From NCBI GenBank assembly GCA_965204375.1, contig OZ241986.1:2400001-2464000 (forward strand): a stretch of DNA of 64,000 nt, in the 5' to 3' direction. Under the pieces are notes generated by a model. The model was not told the origin of the DNA. It saw only the letters and a program-made list of their open reading frames with translations, and did no database searches. This document shows, piece after piece, positions 19,487 to 29,855 of the stretch (positions within the stretch are counted from its first letter, which is position 1; every line of letters begins with the position of its first letter). This DNA is from Candidatus Latescibacterota bacterium. Lineage in GTDB: Bacteria; Latescibacterota; UBA2968. Position numbers and translations under genes: made by a program.

Positions 19487-20818
19487 TTATTCAATCACAC
19501 TCCGCAAACTCTGCTCATGCACCTCAGCTTCCGGCCAATGCGTATTCAGAATATCTCTAATATTATCCCTCGGTCCACGAAAGACCATGATCATGTTATT
19601 CGACACAAAAAATTTTTCGAGAAAAGAACGCACTTCCTCATCAGTAACCGAATCATAACCGCCTTCGCGTCTTGGCGTGTTATAAATGGCTCTATATACG
19701 TCACGGTTAAGGCTTCTCTGTGGTGTCTGGTTGTGGACATCTGACACCTTGAGAATTTCACGCCGCTCTTTGAGTGCTTCCCAAAAGCGCGGATTGTCGG
19801 GGAGTTCTCGGAGGAAATCGGACATTTTCTGTATCAGTTCTTCGCTATTGTGGAGTTGAGGATCGGCGTAAATTTCAAAATATATAACCTCTTCTGATGC
19901 CCTCACCCTACAAGAAGGACTATAGGTCAATCCCAATTCTTCTCTAAAATATTTGGGAATTAGACCATGAATATCCCCCCTAAGCGCATTTGCTATAAGT
20001 GCCGGAACATACCCTTCTGCACCGAGATTTCCAAAGGGGATCAACCAGTGACAAAAAACACTCTTTATACTCGAATTAAACACAAAAGCCGTAGGACCAA
20101 TTTTAGAATCGGTTTTTAAATGCGCCAATGAATGCACAAACCCGCCCGTCTCCCGTTCTTTTGTAATTGGATGAAGCAACTTCGCCACCTCAGTGGAATC
20201 AAGGTCTGAGATCACCTTAAAAAACACCACGTCTGTTTTCAGAAGCTGATCATAATATTGTCTGATATCCTCAAGCGAGAGATTCTTAAGCGTTTTTAAG
20301 GATCTTTGTTTCTTTATACCCATTGTTTGTTCAAGAGCAAATGTTCTCCTCATCATAGAGGCATTCCTTCGCACATCATTTTGGTAGATAGTCGTCAGTT
20401 GTTCTTTCACCTCTTTCAAATCGAGATCGGAAAATTCTAAATTCTGTATCAAATCCGCGACTATTTTTATAGACTCACCGCAATTCCTGGACAGGGCAGA
20501 AATGGATATGGTCTGGTAGTATGTACTGGTACTGGTACTGGTATTGAACACGGCCCCTGATGCAGATAACCGATCCATGTATCCTCGTCTTTTTGCAGCA
20601 TCCCAAATCATTCTCCAGACTGTTGTTGCAAGCCCAATTTGAGAAGGCTGGTCCTGATTTCTCCCGGCTCCGAGGAAGACAATATCAATTTTTGTCAACG
20701 GAGCGCGTGTGTCATTGCGATAAAAAATATGGTGGTTGGGAATTTCTGCAAAAGCAGACAGGACACCAACCACGTAACACAGGGCAAAACTAAGCGTCAC
20801 TTTTAGAAACATATTCAT
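19487..20818 (-). CDS. M16 (insulinase) family non-catalytic subunit
   Basis: Signal peptide; GLA and REELGLTYS M16 motifs; no HxxEH; paired with the catalytic partner. Confidence 0.65.
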   Translation of the reverse strand: MNMFLKVTLSFALCYVVGVLSAFAEIPNHHIFYRNDTRAPLTKIDIVFLGAGRNQDQPSQIGLATTVWRMIWDAAKRRGYMDRLSASGAVFNTSTSTSTYYQTISISALSRNCGESIKIVADLIQNLEFSDLDLKEVKEQLTTIYQNDVRRNASMMRRTFALEQTMGIKKQRSLKTLKNLSLEDIRQYYDQLLKTDVVFFKVISDLDSTEVAKLLHPITKERETGGFVHSLAHLKTDSKIGPTAFVFNSSIKSVFCHWLIPFGNLGAEGYVPALIANALRGDIHGLIPKYFREELGLTYSPSCRVRASEEVIYFEIYADPQLHNSEELIQKMSDFLRELPDNPRFWEALKERREILKVSDVHNQTPQRSLNRDVYRAIYNTPRREGGYDSVTDEEVRSFLEKFFVSNNMIMVFRGPRDNIRDILNTHWPEAEVHEQSLRSVIE

Positions 20819-20884
20819 TGGCCTTTCGGGAAAATTTCTGGTGCAACTTTCTGATATCAACTTGCCTGGAGACCGACTTGCATC

Positions 20885-22204
20885 CTATTTTGAAGTTTTT
20901 GTATCCTGTCTTAATCTCAAGGACAGGGTTATGGAATTGTCATCTGCCATGTACCGGTCTATGATGCGCCGAATATCTTCAGTGCTAACAGATCCGATAT
21001 CCTTGATCAATTTCGGATACAGCATCGGATCGTTAGTATGGGCGAATGCCAGCCCGAATGAATTAGCCATGCTTGAGCGGTTGTAAAATGCGGAATACAT
21101 GCTCTGCAATTGTTCATTGCGGGCTGCATTGAGCTCATCTTTAGAGATCGACTTTATCTTCTCCAACTCGATACGAATAATATCATGGACAGCATCTGAA
21201 GACGTAGAATGAGGCAGGTCTGCCGCACAAGTCATCAAACTAAATCCTCTATAATGGTTGAGTCCCATACTAAAAACCTTCGCAAGCCCAGAATCAACGA
21301 TATAAGACCTCAATGAATTTGAACTTTTATTCAAAATGCGGGCAAGAATGAACAATCCCGCATAGTCGCGATGGCCTAAACCGGGCAGATACCAGCTTTT
21401 CCTGAATCTGGCAGCACTGAGACCTCTTGAAGTAATCGTAAACTTTTTTCCCAAAACTTTGGGCTTAGAAAATTGAGGAGATGACAATGCGCCCGGTGTT
21501 TGCTCATTGCCATAAGCTTCGTCCAATTTGGCCAGAACATAGTCAATATCTACATCGCCGATTATGACAATCAATCTCTTTTGGCGGCGCAGAAAATTCT
21601 CATGGTACGCTCTCAAACCAACGGGTTCGAGTTGTTTAATAAAATCCTCAGTACCCAGGCTAATAAAGTTCTTCTTTCCATAGATTAAGCTGGAAAAAGA
21701 ATAAATAAATCTTGCTGTTGGACTTGCCAGTCTGCGGCTTCGTTCTGTCAGTACAATTTTCTTTTCCATTTCAACGACTTCTTCATTAATCACTGTGTTA
21801 TAATATCTTTCCGAATCTATCTCAACAGCGAGATCAAATTTGTCTTTTGGAAATCTCAGCATAAAGCGCGTAACATGATAAGAAACAGCTGCGCTTTTTT
21901 GCCCTCCATTCTTGCTAACGATTTCGTCCTGGCCTCCGGTGCCTGAGATGAGATGCTCTAAGAAGTGTATTCGTCCTTGTTTACCCTCTTCCTCATCTGC
22001 CGCCCCAGCACTGTAGTAGGTATGGTATTCAAATGTCGGGATTGTCCGATCTACAACAATCACGGCGTCGAGATTTGGATTGATGGTATAATGCTGCGCG
22101 GTGAGTTCTTTGGACATCACCTCCGTCTCAATAAGCTCATAAGCTGCGCAATGACCCGACAAGCCCCATACGATAAATAAAATAAAAACATAAATTTTCT
22201 TCAT
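20885..22204 (-). CDS. M16 (pitrilysin/insulinase) zinc protease subunit
   Basis: Signal peptide; GAADE..GK.G.IHFLEHL; E...V..E. Confidence 0.8.
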   Translation of the reverse strand: MKKIYVFILFIVWGLSGHCAAYELIETEVMSKELTAQHYTINPNLDAVIVVDRTIPTFEYHTYYSAGAADEEEGKQGRIHFLEHLISGTGGQDEIVSKNGGQKSAAVSYHVTRFMLRFPKDKFDLAVEIDSERYYNTVINEEVVEMEKKIVLTERSRRLASPTARFIYSFSSLIYGKKNFISLGTEDFIKQLEPVGLRAYHENFLRRQKRLIVIIGDVDIDYVLAKLDEAYGNEQTPGALSSPQFSKPKVLGKKFTITSRGLSAARFRKSWYLPGLGHRDYAGLFILARILNKSSNSLRSYIVDSGLAKVFSMGLNHYRGFSLMTCAADLPHSTSSDAVHDIIRIELEKIKSISKDELNAARNEQLQSMYSAFYNRSSMANSFGLAFAHTNDPMLYPKLIKDIGSVSTEDIRRIIDRYMADDNSITLSLRLRQDTKTSK

Positions 22205-22213
22205 ATTTAAACC

Positions 22214-23239
22214 TCACGAAAGTTCGACATCCACCGGCGCTTTTCGCTCAATACTATCGCAAATCGCCTCGCATACCACCATCGCCTGACACGCATCTCT
22301 CAGAGTTGGTGAATCTGACGCACCCTTTTGTACAGCCCGTGCAAAAGCCTGCATTTGCCCCCAGTATCCACCTCGTTTTTCCGCATTGTCGCGCACCGCG
22401 GGTGAATACGATTGAGATGGAATACCGGGCGAAGGTTGGTATCCCCCTTCGGGCGAGTGGGGTTCAAAATCCAACGTGTGCAAATTATCCAAACGCAAAT
22501 GTGCTCGCGCATCGCCCGCCGCTTCAATTTTACACGTCCAATTTGGAGTACAGCCCGTCAGGGTAATGGTTCCAGTGGCACCACTATCAAAATGCGCGGT
22601 ACAGGCAATTGCAAATCGCCCGCCCTCACCAACCGATAAATCCGCGTAAACCCGCTCGATTTCCCCACCCAAAAAACGCGCGAGATCTACCGCGTGTGTT
22701 GACTGAAAAATCATATACTGCCAACCCGCACGATAGTCCATATCATCCTGCCACATCGGGCTGGGCATAAAATATCTGCTCTCTAAAAAAAGCAATTTAC
22801 CAAACTCGGGCGTCGCCATCAACTCTCGAAATTTTTGCACCCCGGGCGCGTGTCGCATATTGTGACCGATCTGCGTAATCAACCCTCGCCCCTCTGCCAT
22901 ATCGGCCAATTCCTGTGCCTGGGCTGTTAAACGCGCCGGAGGCTTCTCCATCATCAACGGCAACCCCGCCGCCAGCACCTGCTTGCCGCACTCAAAATGC
23001 ATATCTGGCGGCCCCACGACCATCACGGCATCCAGATCTTCTTTTTCGATCATATCGGACAAATCTGTGTACCATCTTCTTGCCCCAAAAAACCGCGCAT
23101 TGCGCTCGGCTAACGCCGCTTGCAAATCACAGCAGGCGTACAGATCCAATTCCGGTATGGTTGCAAAATTGGGATACCACGATGCACTCGCCTGTTTTCC
23201 ACAGCCTACAAACCCAACGCGAACAGGAGCGTCACTCAT
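22214..23239 (-). CDS. Gfo/Idh/MocA oxidoreductase
   Basis: VGFVGCG, EKP, H.VD..RFL. Confidence 0.85.
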   Translation of the reverse strand: MSDAPVRVGFVGCGKQASASWYPNFATIPELDLYACCDLQAALAERNARFFGARRWYTDLSDMIEKEDLDAVMVVGPPDMHFECGKQVLAAGLPLMMEKPPARLTAQAQELADMAEGRGLITQIGHNMRHAPGVQKFRELMATPEFGKLLFLESRYFMPSPMWQDDMDYRAGWQYMIFQSTHAVDLARFLGGEIERVYADLSVGEGGRFAIACTAHFDSGATGTITLTGCTPNWTCKIEAAGDARAHLRLDNLHTLDFEPHSPEGGYQPSPGIPSQSYSPAVRDNAEKRGGYWGQMQAFARAVQKGASDSPTLRDACQAMVVCEAICDSIERKAPVDVELS

Positions 23240-23784
23240 TTCTCACCTCTCAGTTTATCGCGAAACGACTTGCGAAACTTTTGCACCTTGGGATTGATAA
23301 CAAAGATGCAATACGGTTGATACGGATTCTCCACAAAATAATTCTGATGATAATCTTCCCCTTCATAAAATATTGGAAGCGGCGCAATCTCCGTCACAAT
23401 CGGATCGGGCCACAAATCCGATGCATCCGCCTCTGCCTTTGACTGCTCGGCAATGCTCTTCTGCTGTTCATCGTGATAAAAAATTACCGACCGATACTGC
23501 GTCCCCACGTCATTCCCCTGGCGATTCAATGTCGTTGGATCATGCGTACACCAAAAAATAAACAGTATCTCCTCAAACGAAATCACAGTCGGATCAAACA
23601 CAATCTGCACCACCTCAGCGTGCCCTGTGGTACCTGAACACACCTCCTGGTACGTCGGATTCTCTATCGTTCCCCCTGCATATCCCGACACGACTTTATG
23701 CACGCCAATCACATCTTGATAAATCGCCTCCACGCACCAAAAACACCCGCCCCCGAGCGTCGCGGTCTCCATTGTACTGGACAT
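23236..23784 (-). CDS. msrA: Peptide methionine sulfoxide reductase A
   Basis: GGGCFWCVE, GY.GG, GHAE, QYRS, E.YHQNY. Confidence 0.95.
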   Translation of the reverse strand: MSSTMETATLGGGCFWCVEAIYQDVIGVHKVVSGYAGGTIENPTYQEVCSGTTGHAEVVQIVFDPTVISFEEILFIFWCTHDPTTLNRQGNDVGTQYRSVIFYHDEQQKSIAEQSKAEADASDLWPDPIVTEIAPLPIFYEGEDYHQNYFVENPYQPYCIFVINPKVQKFRKSFRDKLRGEK

Positions 23785-23979
23785 ATTAATACTCCTTCGT
23801 GGTTATTTGAACTCTGTAATTTTCATCCATCATATTCCCCCCCACACCTTTTGTCAAGGCGAAATCAGAATCCCATCGCGCAACAGATAGCGATTTTCTA
23901 TTTGACACACGCACGCGATCCTGTCAAATTAAACCTTTGTCTTATACCGTTATTTTTTTCAACCTTAAAGGAGATTTAC

Positions 23980-24804
23980 ATGCCCCAACGGGAATTCAAG
24001 CTCAAATACGCCCCGCATTACGGCCATTTCTCAAACAGCGCGGGCGACGACTATCTCGACCAGCTCAAATACGCTGCGGATCAGGGCTTTACAGCCTGGG
24101 AAGACAATGGCATGCCCAAACGCGACATAGGAATGCAAGAAAAAATCGCCGCAGAAATGACCCGATTAAACCTCGAAATGGGTGTTTTTGTCGCCACGGG
24201 ATCTTTTTCAGATGTCACATTTGCCGGCGACGACGAAGACGCAAAACAGGCCGTTCTAAAAGACATCAAAGCCGCCATTGAAGTTGCCAAGCGCGTAAAT
24301 GCAAAATGGTGTACGGTCGTGCCCGGACTTTACGATTTAAAACTCGCGTGGGATTATCAAACAGCCAATGTGATCGAACTGCTCAAACGATGCTGCGACA
24401 TCCTCGAAGAATCGGGTCTGGTAATGGTATTGGAACCGCTCAACCGCCTGACGAACCACCCCCGCGTTTATCTGGCTGGCTCGCCACAAGCATATCTGGT
24501 CTGTCAGGCCGTCAACCACCCGTGTTGCAAAATCCTTTTTGACATCTACCACCAGCAAATCACCGAAGGCAATCTCATACCCAACATCGACCGCTGCTGG
24601 TCTGAAATCGGCGTTTTTCAAGTGGGCGACAACCCCGGTCGCAAAGAACCCACCACTGGTGAGATCAACTACAAAAGTATCTTCAAGCATCTACACGAAA
24701 AAGGCTGCACGAGCATCGTCGGCATGGAACACGGCATCAGCCTGCCCGGCAAAGAAGGCGAAGACCGCCTGATCCAGGCTTATGTCGAATCGGATGATTT
24801 TTAG
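23980..24804 (+). CDS. Hydroxypyruvate isomerase / xylose-isomerase-like TIM barrel
   Basis: LEPLN, FDIYHQQI.EGN, DNPGR.EP.TGEINY, GMEH; AAGGAG RBS before ATG 23980. Confidence 0.85.
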   Translation: MPQREFKLKYAPHYGHFSNSAGDDYLDQLKYAADQGFTAWEDNGMPKRDIGMQEKIAAEMTRLNLEMGVFVATGSFSDVTFAGDDEDAKQAVLKDIKAAIEVAKRVNAKWCTVVPGLYDLKLAWDYQTANVIELLKRCCDILEESGLVMVLEPLNRLTNHPRVYLAGSPQAYLVCQAVNHPCCKILFDIYHQQITEGNLIPNIDRCWSEIGVFQVGDNPGRKEPTTGEINYKSIFKHLHEKGCTSIVGMEHGISLPGKEGEDRLIQAYVESDDF

Positions 24805-24820
24805 GTAAGGAGTCTATTTC

Positions 24821-25819
24821 ATGAAAGCAATTCTCGTCGGCCTCGGTGGTCGTGCGCGTCACTGGCAAGCCGCGTGTGAAGCACATCCCGAAGTCGAATT
24901 GGTCGCCTATGTTGAACCCTCAGAAGAAAACAAAAAACGCGCGATAGAAGAACGCGGTGTACCCGAGGATCTCATCTTCGACGACCTCAGCGATGCCGCC
25001 TCAATAGAAGCCGACTTTGTCGTAGATGTCACCCCACCCGCTGTTCACGAAACCATCGCGATGAAAGCCTTTGATGCGGGCCTCAATCTACTGGGCGAAA
25101 AACCCTTGAGCGATAATTTCGAAGCGGCTAAACGCATCGTTGAAGCGGGCAAAAAAGCAGGTGCCAAACACATGATCACACAGAACTATCGCTTTAATGA
25201 ACTGCCCCGCACCACAAGGCGCTTGCTCGAAACCAGACATATTGGCGACGTGGCGCAACTCGACGTATCGCTTTATGTCGATTGGGCAGACAACCCGGGC
25301 AGTCACTATGTGACGGAACCCTATATGTTCCTCACCGACATGGGCATCCACCACTTTGACATGATGCGCTACACCCTCAATGCCGACCCCGTCAGCGCGC
25401 AGGCCATCACCTGGAACTTGCCCTGGGGCTGGCATCAGGGCGATGCCTGCCAGATTATCGTCTTCAAATTTGAAAATGGCATTGTCGCCACACATCGCGG
25501 TATTGGCTGCACAATGGGACATGTACCTGCGGGACACAACGGCGAATGGCGCTACGAGGGGCCAAAAGGCACATTGACGTGGGAGGGCTTTGACCTCTTT
25601 TACACACTCAAGCACAAACAAAGTCCACAAATCCGCGAACAAATCGAACTCGACGAAATCGACGGACCAAATCCCGTGCTCAACGAATTTGTTCGCGCCC
25701 TTCAGGAAGACCGCCAACCCGAATGCAATGCCGAAGACAATCTGAAATCCATGTCCATGGTCTTCGGAGCCGTCACAAGTGCAAAGGAAGGCCGAGAAGT
25801 ACAGCTATCGGAACTATAA
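24821..25819 (+). CDS. Gfo/Idh/MocA oxidoreductase
   Basis: VGLGG, EKPLS, QNYR, DMGIHHFD. Confidence 0.88.
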   Translation: MKAILVGLGGRARHWQAACEAHPEVELVAYVEPSEENKKRAIEERGVPEDLIFDDLSDAASIEADFVVDVTPPAVHETIAMKAFDAGLNLLGEKPLSDNFEAAKRIVEAGKKAGAKHMITQNYRFNELPRTTRRLLETRHIGDVAQLDVSLYVDWADNPGSHYVTEPYMFLTDMGIHHFDMMRYTLNADPVSAQAITWNLPWGWHQGDACQIIVFKFENGIVATHRGIGCTMGHVPAGHNGEWRYEGPKGTLTWEGFDLFYTLKHKQSPQIREQIELDEIDGPNPVLNEFVRALQEDRQPECNAEDNLKSMSMVFGAVTSAKEGREVQLSEL

Positions 25820-25873
25820 AAAAGGGTCTGTGAGATTCTTGAACTGACATCAAAACAGATTTCTCAATCTCGA

Positions 25874-26065
25874 GTGATCGCCAAAGGCAATCGCATTCGC
25901 GATGTTCAACGTCTGGTTCATACTTATGGTGGTCGCGCATCAAGATGGATTAAAAAGAGCAGTCCCCGCTTTGAAATGGCTGGGTATCAATACGAAATTC
26001 ACTGGTATGAACATCCCGATATCGGGCGCATTGAGTTAAAACAAAAACGAGTTAACCCGCTATGA
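25874..26065 (+). CDS. Small basic protein, candidate toxin (IA.G..IRD..RL...YG / EIHWYE..IG family)
   Basis: 63 aa, basic; ATGA overlap with an acidic partner gene. Confidence 0.55.
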   Translation: MIAKGNRIRDVQRLVHTYGGRASRWIKKSSPRFEMAGYQYEIHWYEHPDIGRIELKQKRVNPL

Positions 26066-26397
26066 TTGTCCAATTTAGAGAACAGAATACTGAATATCCC
26101 GATCTCACACCCAATCAATATTATGTTGTAATTGGGATAGAAGCCGATGATTTCAGAATCTTGAACGACGCTGGCAGACCCTTTCTCTATGATGCTTCAT
26201 TATTTGAGGTAGTCGATTCCAAGGAACCTGACGATTGGGTAATAGAGATTGGCGAAGATGGCGAGCGTTATGCCTATCCATTGCCGTTAAATTCGGTTGG
26301 TTTCTTTGAGGACTTTTTTGACGGGAAGAAAGACGCAGTCGTCACATTCTGGCGGATTGTCAATCATCAACTTGCTGCTGCATCGGAAACTGTTTAA
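26062..26397 (+). CDS. Acidic hypothetical protein, candidate immunity/antitoxin
   Basis: LT....Y.VIGIE.D.FRI.ND.G.P.LY...F pattern; coupled to the upstream ORF. Confidence 0.6.
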   Translation: MIVQFREQNTEYPDLTPNQYYVVIGIEADDFRILNDAGRPFLYDASLFEVVDSKEPDDWVIEIGEDGERYAYPLPLNSVGFFEDFFDGKKDAVVTFWRIVNHQLAAASETV

Positions 26398-26412
26398 GAT
26401 AAAGGAGACCAC

Positions 26413-27720
26413 ATGTCAGACCTGCAGGGTGACACGAGTTGGTTTACACATGATCGATTTGGATTGTTCATCCACTGGGGATTGTACGCACTGCCCGCAC
26501 GGCACGAGTGGGTAAAGCAGCGAGAAGAAATACCCGACGCGCAATACGACCAGTATCTGAAATACTTTGATCCGGATTTGTACGACCCCGAAGCGTGGGC
26601 AGATGCGGCAGCCAACGCGGGCATGAAGTATTTTTGTGTCACCACCAAACACCACGAAGGCTTCGCGCTGTGGGACTCCAAACTGACGGAATACAAAGCG
26701 ACCAATACACCCGCGCGCAGGGATTTGTTAAAACCCATGGTAGAAGCGTTTCGATCCCGGGGGATGAAGGTCGGTTTTTACCATTCCCTGATCGACTGGC
26801 ACCATCCGCATTTCAGAATTGACGCCATTCACAGCATGCGGAACCATCCCGATAAGGACAAACTGAATGAGCCGCGCGATCAGGCCCAATACGCGGCGTA
26901 TTTGCGCGGCCAAGTCCGCGAGTTGCTCACCGAATACGGCAAAGTGGATATGCTATTTTACGATTTCAGCTATCCGGCTGGCGCAAGGGGCAGACCCGAG
27001 GGTTTTGACGGCAAGGGACGAGATGATTGGAACAGCATCGAACTAATGAAAATGACGCGCGAGTTGCAGCCGGGTATTGTGATTAACGACCGACTGGATC
27101 TCGACGATGTGGAAGGTGGATGGGATTATCGCACACCCGAACAATTTATGCCGCGCGAGTGGGTCACCTATCAAGGCGAACGCGTGTTGTGGGAGACCTG
27201 TCAAACATTTTCGGGGTCGTGGGGTTATCACCGCGATGAAACAAGTTGGAAGAGCACCGAGCAACTGGTGCAAATGCTGGTCGGCGTGGTAAGCCGCGGA
27301 GGCAATTTATTGCTCAATGTCGGACCGACCGGGCGCGGAGTATTTGACGATCGCGCATTGAATTGCCTGAGCGGAATGGGCGAATGGATGAAATGGCACA
27401 GCCGATCCATTTACGGATGTACTGCCGCGCCAGAGGAATTTCAGACGCCAGAGGATTGCCGCTTGACCTATAATCCCGAGACCAATCGAATGTACGTACA
27501 CCTGTTCACCTATCCATTTCGCCATCTGCATCTCGACGGATTTGCCGGCAAGGTAGAATACGCCCAGTTATTAAACGATGCGTCAGAAGTGCAATTCCAC
27601 CAACCCCGCGCTGGACACACGGGAGATAGCAGTCTCGAAAGAGAAACCCTGACACTGGAATTACCCGTACAAAAACCCAATGTTACAGTACCTGTGGTCG
27701 AGTTATTTCTAAAGGAGTAA
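26413..27720 (+). CDS. Alpha-L-fucosidase (GH29), no signal peptide
   Basis: RFGLFIHWGLY, TKHHEGF.LW, W.Y, GGNLLLNVGP. Confidence 0.92.
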   Translation: MSDLQGDTSWFTHDRFGLFIHWGLYALPARHEWVKQREEIPDAQYDQYLKYFDPDLYDPEAWADAAANAGMKYFCVTTKHHEGFALWDSKLTEYKATNTPARRDLLKPMVEAFRSRGMKVGFYHSLIDWHHPHFRIDAIHSMRNHPDKDKLNEPRDQAQYAAYLRGQVRELLTEYGKVDMLFYDFSYPAGARGRPEGFDGKGRDDWNSIELMKMTRELQPGIVINDRLDLDDVEGGWDYRTPEQFMPREWVTYQGERVLWETCQTFSGSWGYHRDETSWKSTEQLVQMLVGVVSRGGNLLLNVGPTGRGVFDDRALNCLSGMGEWMKWHSRSIYGCTAAPEEFQTPEDCRLTYNPETNRMYVHLFTYPFRHLHLDGFAGKVEYAQLLNDASEVQFHQPRAGHTGDSSLERETLTLELPVQKPNVTVPVVELFLKE

Positions 27721-27723
27721 AAA

Positions 27724-28431
27724 ATGACAATGACTGAAACGGACTTGCGAAAACTCAATGCCGACGAGTTGGCGATCTATCGCGAACAGGGCTATGTGAT
27801 TGTGCCAGATATCTTTCCGCTGGAGGAACTCGCGGAAATCGACCGCGAGATCGACCGACTTCAGGACGCACAAAGAAATACGGGACGCAACAAGGGATGG
27901 ATCATGCAGTTGGGATTGCGCTCAGAAATAACCCGTCAATTTGTACAGGATGAGCGGGTATTGACACTGATCGAAGATATAGTAAACCCCGGCATCTCAA
28001 TTTATTCAGCCAAATTGACAGCAAAAGTGCCGCATTCCAATGACATCTGTCACTGGCATCAGGACAATGCGTATTACAACACCCGCGTCCTGAGCAAAAC
28101 GCGCATGTCCACCTGGATACCGCTACAGGATGCGGATGAGACAAATGGGTGTTTGTGGGTGGTGCCACAAAGCCACAAGGGCGGCGTGGTCACGCATGGG
28201 CCATTTGGCGGACAATGCCCAAAGTGTATGGGCCCAGCCGATCTCATGTTCGACGATGCAATTCCCTGTCCTGTAAAAGCCGGAGATATCCTTTTATTCC
28301 ACGCCTGTTTGTGGCATCATTCCAAAGGCAACCAGACAGACCATGTGCGGCGGGCGTTTATCGTCTCGTATCAAGAAGCTACCGTCCCGCGTGGCAATGG
28401 CGATCAGTATAAAATTTTGAGACCAGCTTAG
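27724..28431 (+). CDS. PhyH family dioxygenase
   Basis: WHQDNAY, WIPL.D..E.NGCL..VP.SH, H.S..N.T..RRA. Confidence 0.88.
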   Translation: MTMTETDLRKLNADELAIYREQGYVIVPDIFPLEELAEIDREIDRLQDAQRNTGRNKGWIMQLGLRSEITRQFVQDERVLTLIEDIVNPGISIYSAKLTAKVPHSNDICHWHQDNAYYNTRVLSKTRMSTWIPLQDADETNGCLWVVPQSHKGGVVTHGPFGGQCPKCMGPADLMFDDAIPCPVKAGDILLFHACLWHHSKGNQTDHVRRAFIVSYQEATVPRGNGDQYKILRPA

Positions 28432-28555
28432 AACAATACTTCGGACAGTTTTTTTTAAAGGTTACAAAAAATCATAGACAAAAAAGTGCCGTTCACGCAG
28501 ATTGGATGTCAAAGATATCCAAATCAACGACAATCCAAACAAGTGAGACGGCACA

Positions 28556-29824
28556 ATGGAACTGGCAGAAAAGATACTCAATCGGATAAACTTATGCAAA
28601 CCCCAAAAAAAGTTTCTCATCACGCTTTTTACTACCATACTCATTGCACGAGGCAAAATCAATTTTCGCAACCTTTCACGTTATTCCCATTACAGTGAGC
28701 GCACATACGCACGCCAATTTGACAAATCCTTTAACTTTATGGCGTTCAACCGTGCCATCATCAATGACTGTATAGATCAAGATCAAGATCAAGACCAAAA
28801 TCAAGATCAAGACCAAGACCAAGCACCTGCGCGTATCCTGGCCTTAGATGCCTCTTTTATCCCCAAATCTGGGAACAAAACTTATGGCTTAGACTACTTT
28901 TTCAATGGCTGTCATTGCAAAACAGAAAAGGGCTTAGAAATCAGTGGGGTGGCACTTGTTGATGTGGAAGAAAACACAGCCTATCCTCTTTCGGTTCGAC
29001 AAACCGCCCCTATCTCTGAGACTGAAAACAGCCAACAAGGTGATGGTGATAGTGATGGTGAAAACCGTATTGACCAGTATTTACAACACTTACGAGAGAT
29101 AACACCTTACCTCAACGCGGATGAAACCTATCTGTGTGTGGATGGCTTCTTCTCGAAGAAGAAATTTATTGATGGCGTGACCTCCCGCCACCTCCACCAA
29201 ATTGGCAGATTGCGATACGATGCCAACATGCGCTATCTTTATACAGGCCCCAAAAGGGAGAAAGGCTCTGGCAATCAGAAAACATACGACGGCAAAGTTG
29301 ATTGGCAGGACTTATCGCGCTTTACCTATCACCACACACAAGACGGCATTGCCTTGTATAGCCAGATACTCAATCACCAATGCTTTAAAAGAAATCTCAA
29401 AGTCGTTGTCCTACTCAATGAGAAGATCAAGAGCAAGAAAAATTATGTCCTCTTGTTTTCTACCGATCCGCATTTAGAGGCCCAAAGCGTGGTCACCTAT
29501 TACAAAGCACGCTTCCAGATTGAATTTATTTTTCGTGATGCCAAACAATTTACTGGCCTATCCGATGCGCAAACCCGGGATCAAAAACGCCTCGACTTCC
29601 ATTTTAATGCGTCCTTGACAACGCTGAATCTATCCAAAGCAGAGCACTTGAAAACCCAGTCAGATACCCCGACAAAGCCTTTTTCGATGACCAGCATAAA
29701 AGCCTGTTATTTCAACACTTTTTTCCTTGAAAAGTTTTTTTCAATGTTTGATCTTGACCCTAAGCACATAAAAAAATCACCCAAATACAAATATCTTATC
29801 AATTATGGCAATATTGCCGCTTAA
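28556..29824 (+). CDS. DDE transposase
   Basis: ALDASFI.KSG.KT.G, VDG.F, Y..RFQIEF.FRD.KQ.TGL. Confidence 0.92.
   Translation: MELAEKILNRINLCKPQKKFLITLFTTILIARGKINFRNLSRYSHYSERTYARQFDKSFNFMAFNRAIINDCIDQDQDQDQNQDQDQDQAPARILALDASFIPKSGNKTYGLDYFFNGCHCKTEKGLEISGVALVDVEENTAYPLSVRQTAPISETENSQQGDGDSDGENRIDQYLQHLREITPYLNADETYLCVDGFFSKKKFIDGVTSRHLHQIGRLRYDANMRYLYTGPKREKGSGNQKTYDGKVDWQDLSRFTYHHTQDGIALYSQILNHQCFKRNLKVVVLLNEKIKSKKNYVLLFSTDPHLEAQSVVTYYKARFQIEFIFRDAKQFTGLSDAQTRDQKRLDFHFNASLTTLNLSKAEHLKTQSDTPTKPFSMTSIKACYFNTFFLEKFFSMFDLDPKHIKKSPKYKYLINYGNIAA
28775..28822 (+). repeat. In-frame hexamer microsatellite (GAYCAA)x8 encoding DQDQDQDQNQDQDQDQ
   Basis: gatcaa gatcaa gatcaa gaccaa aatcaa gatcaa gaccaa gaccaa. 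Confidence 0.9.
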
Positions 29825-29855
29825 TTCTGTCCGAACCATTGCTTAGAACTGAGCT

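Larger units (their letters stand above)
28434..29841 (+). mobile_element. Complete insertion sequence (~1.4 kb, DDE; IS701/ISH3/IS4-like, family not resolved)
   Basis: IR-L caatacttcggacag (28434-28448) and IR-R ctgtccgaaccattg (29827-29841) match 13/15; direct repeat cttagaa at 28427-28433 and 29842-29848. Confidence 0.9.

Noticed and set aside
23698-23979. Long N-terminal extensions in the ORF track (also starts at 9559, 2646, 45652, 47133, 52970)
   Set aside because: Downstream ATGs have a better RBS or match the family start; the extensions overlap other genes, repeats or promoters.
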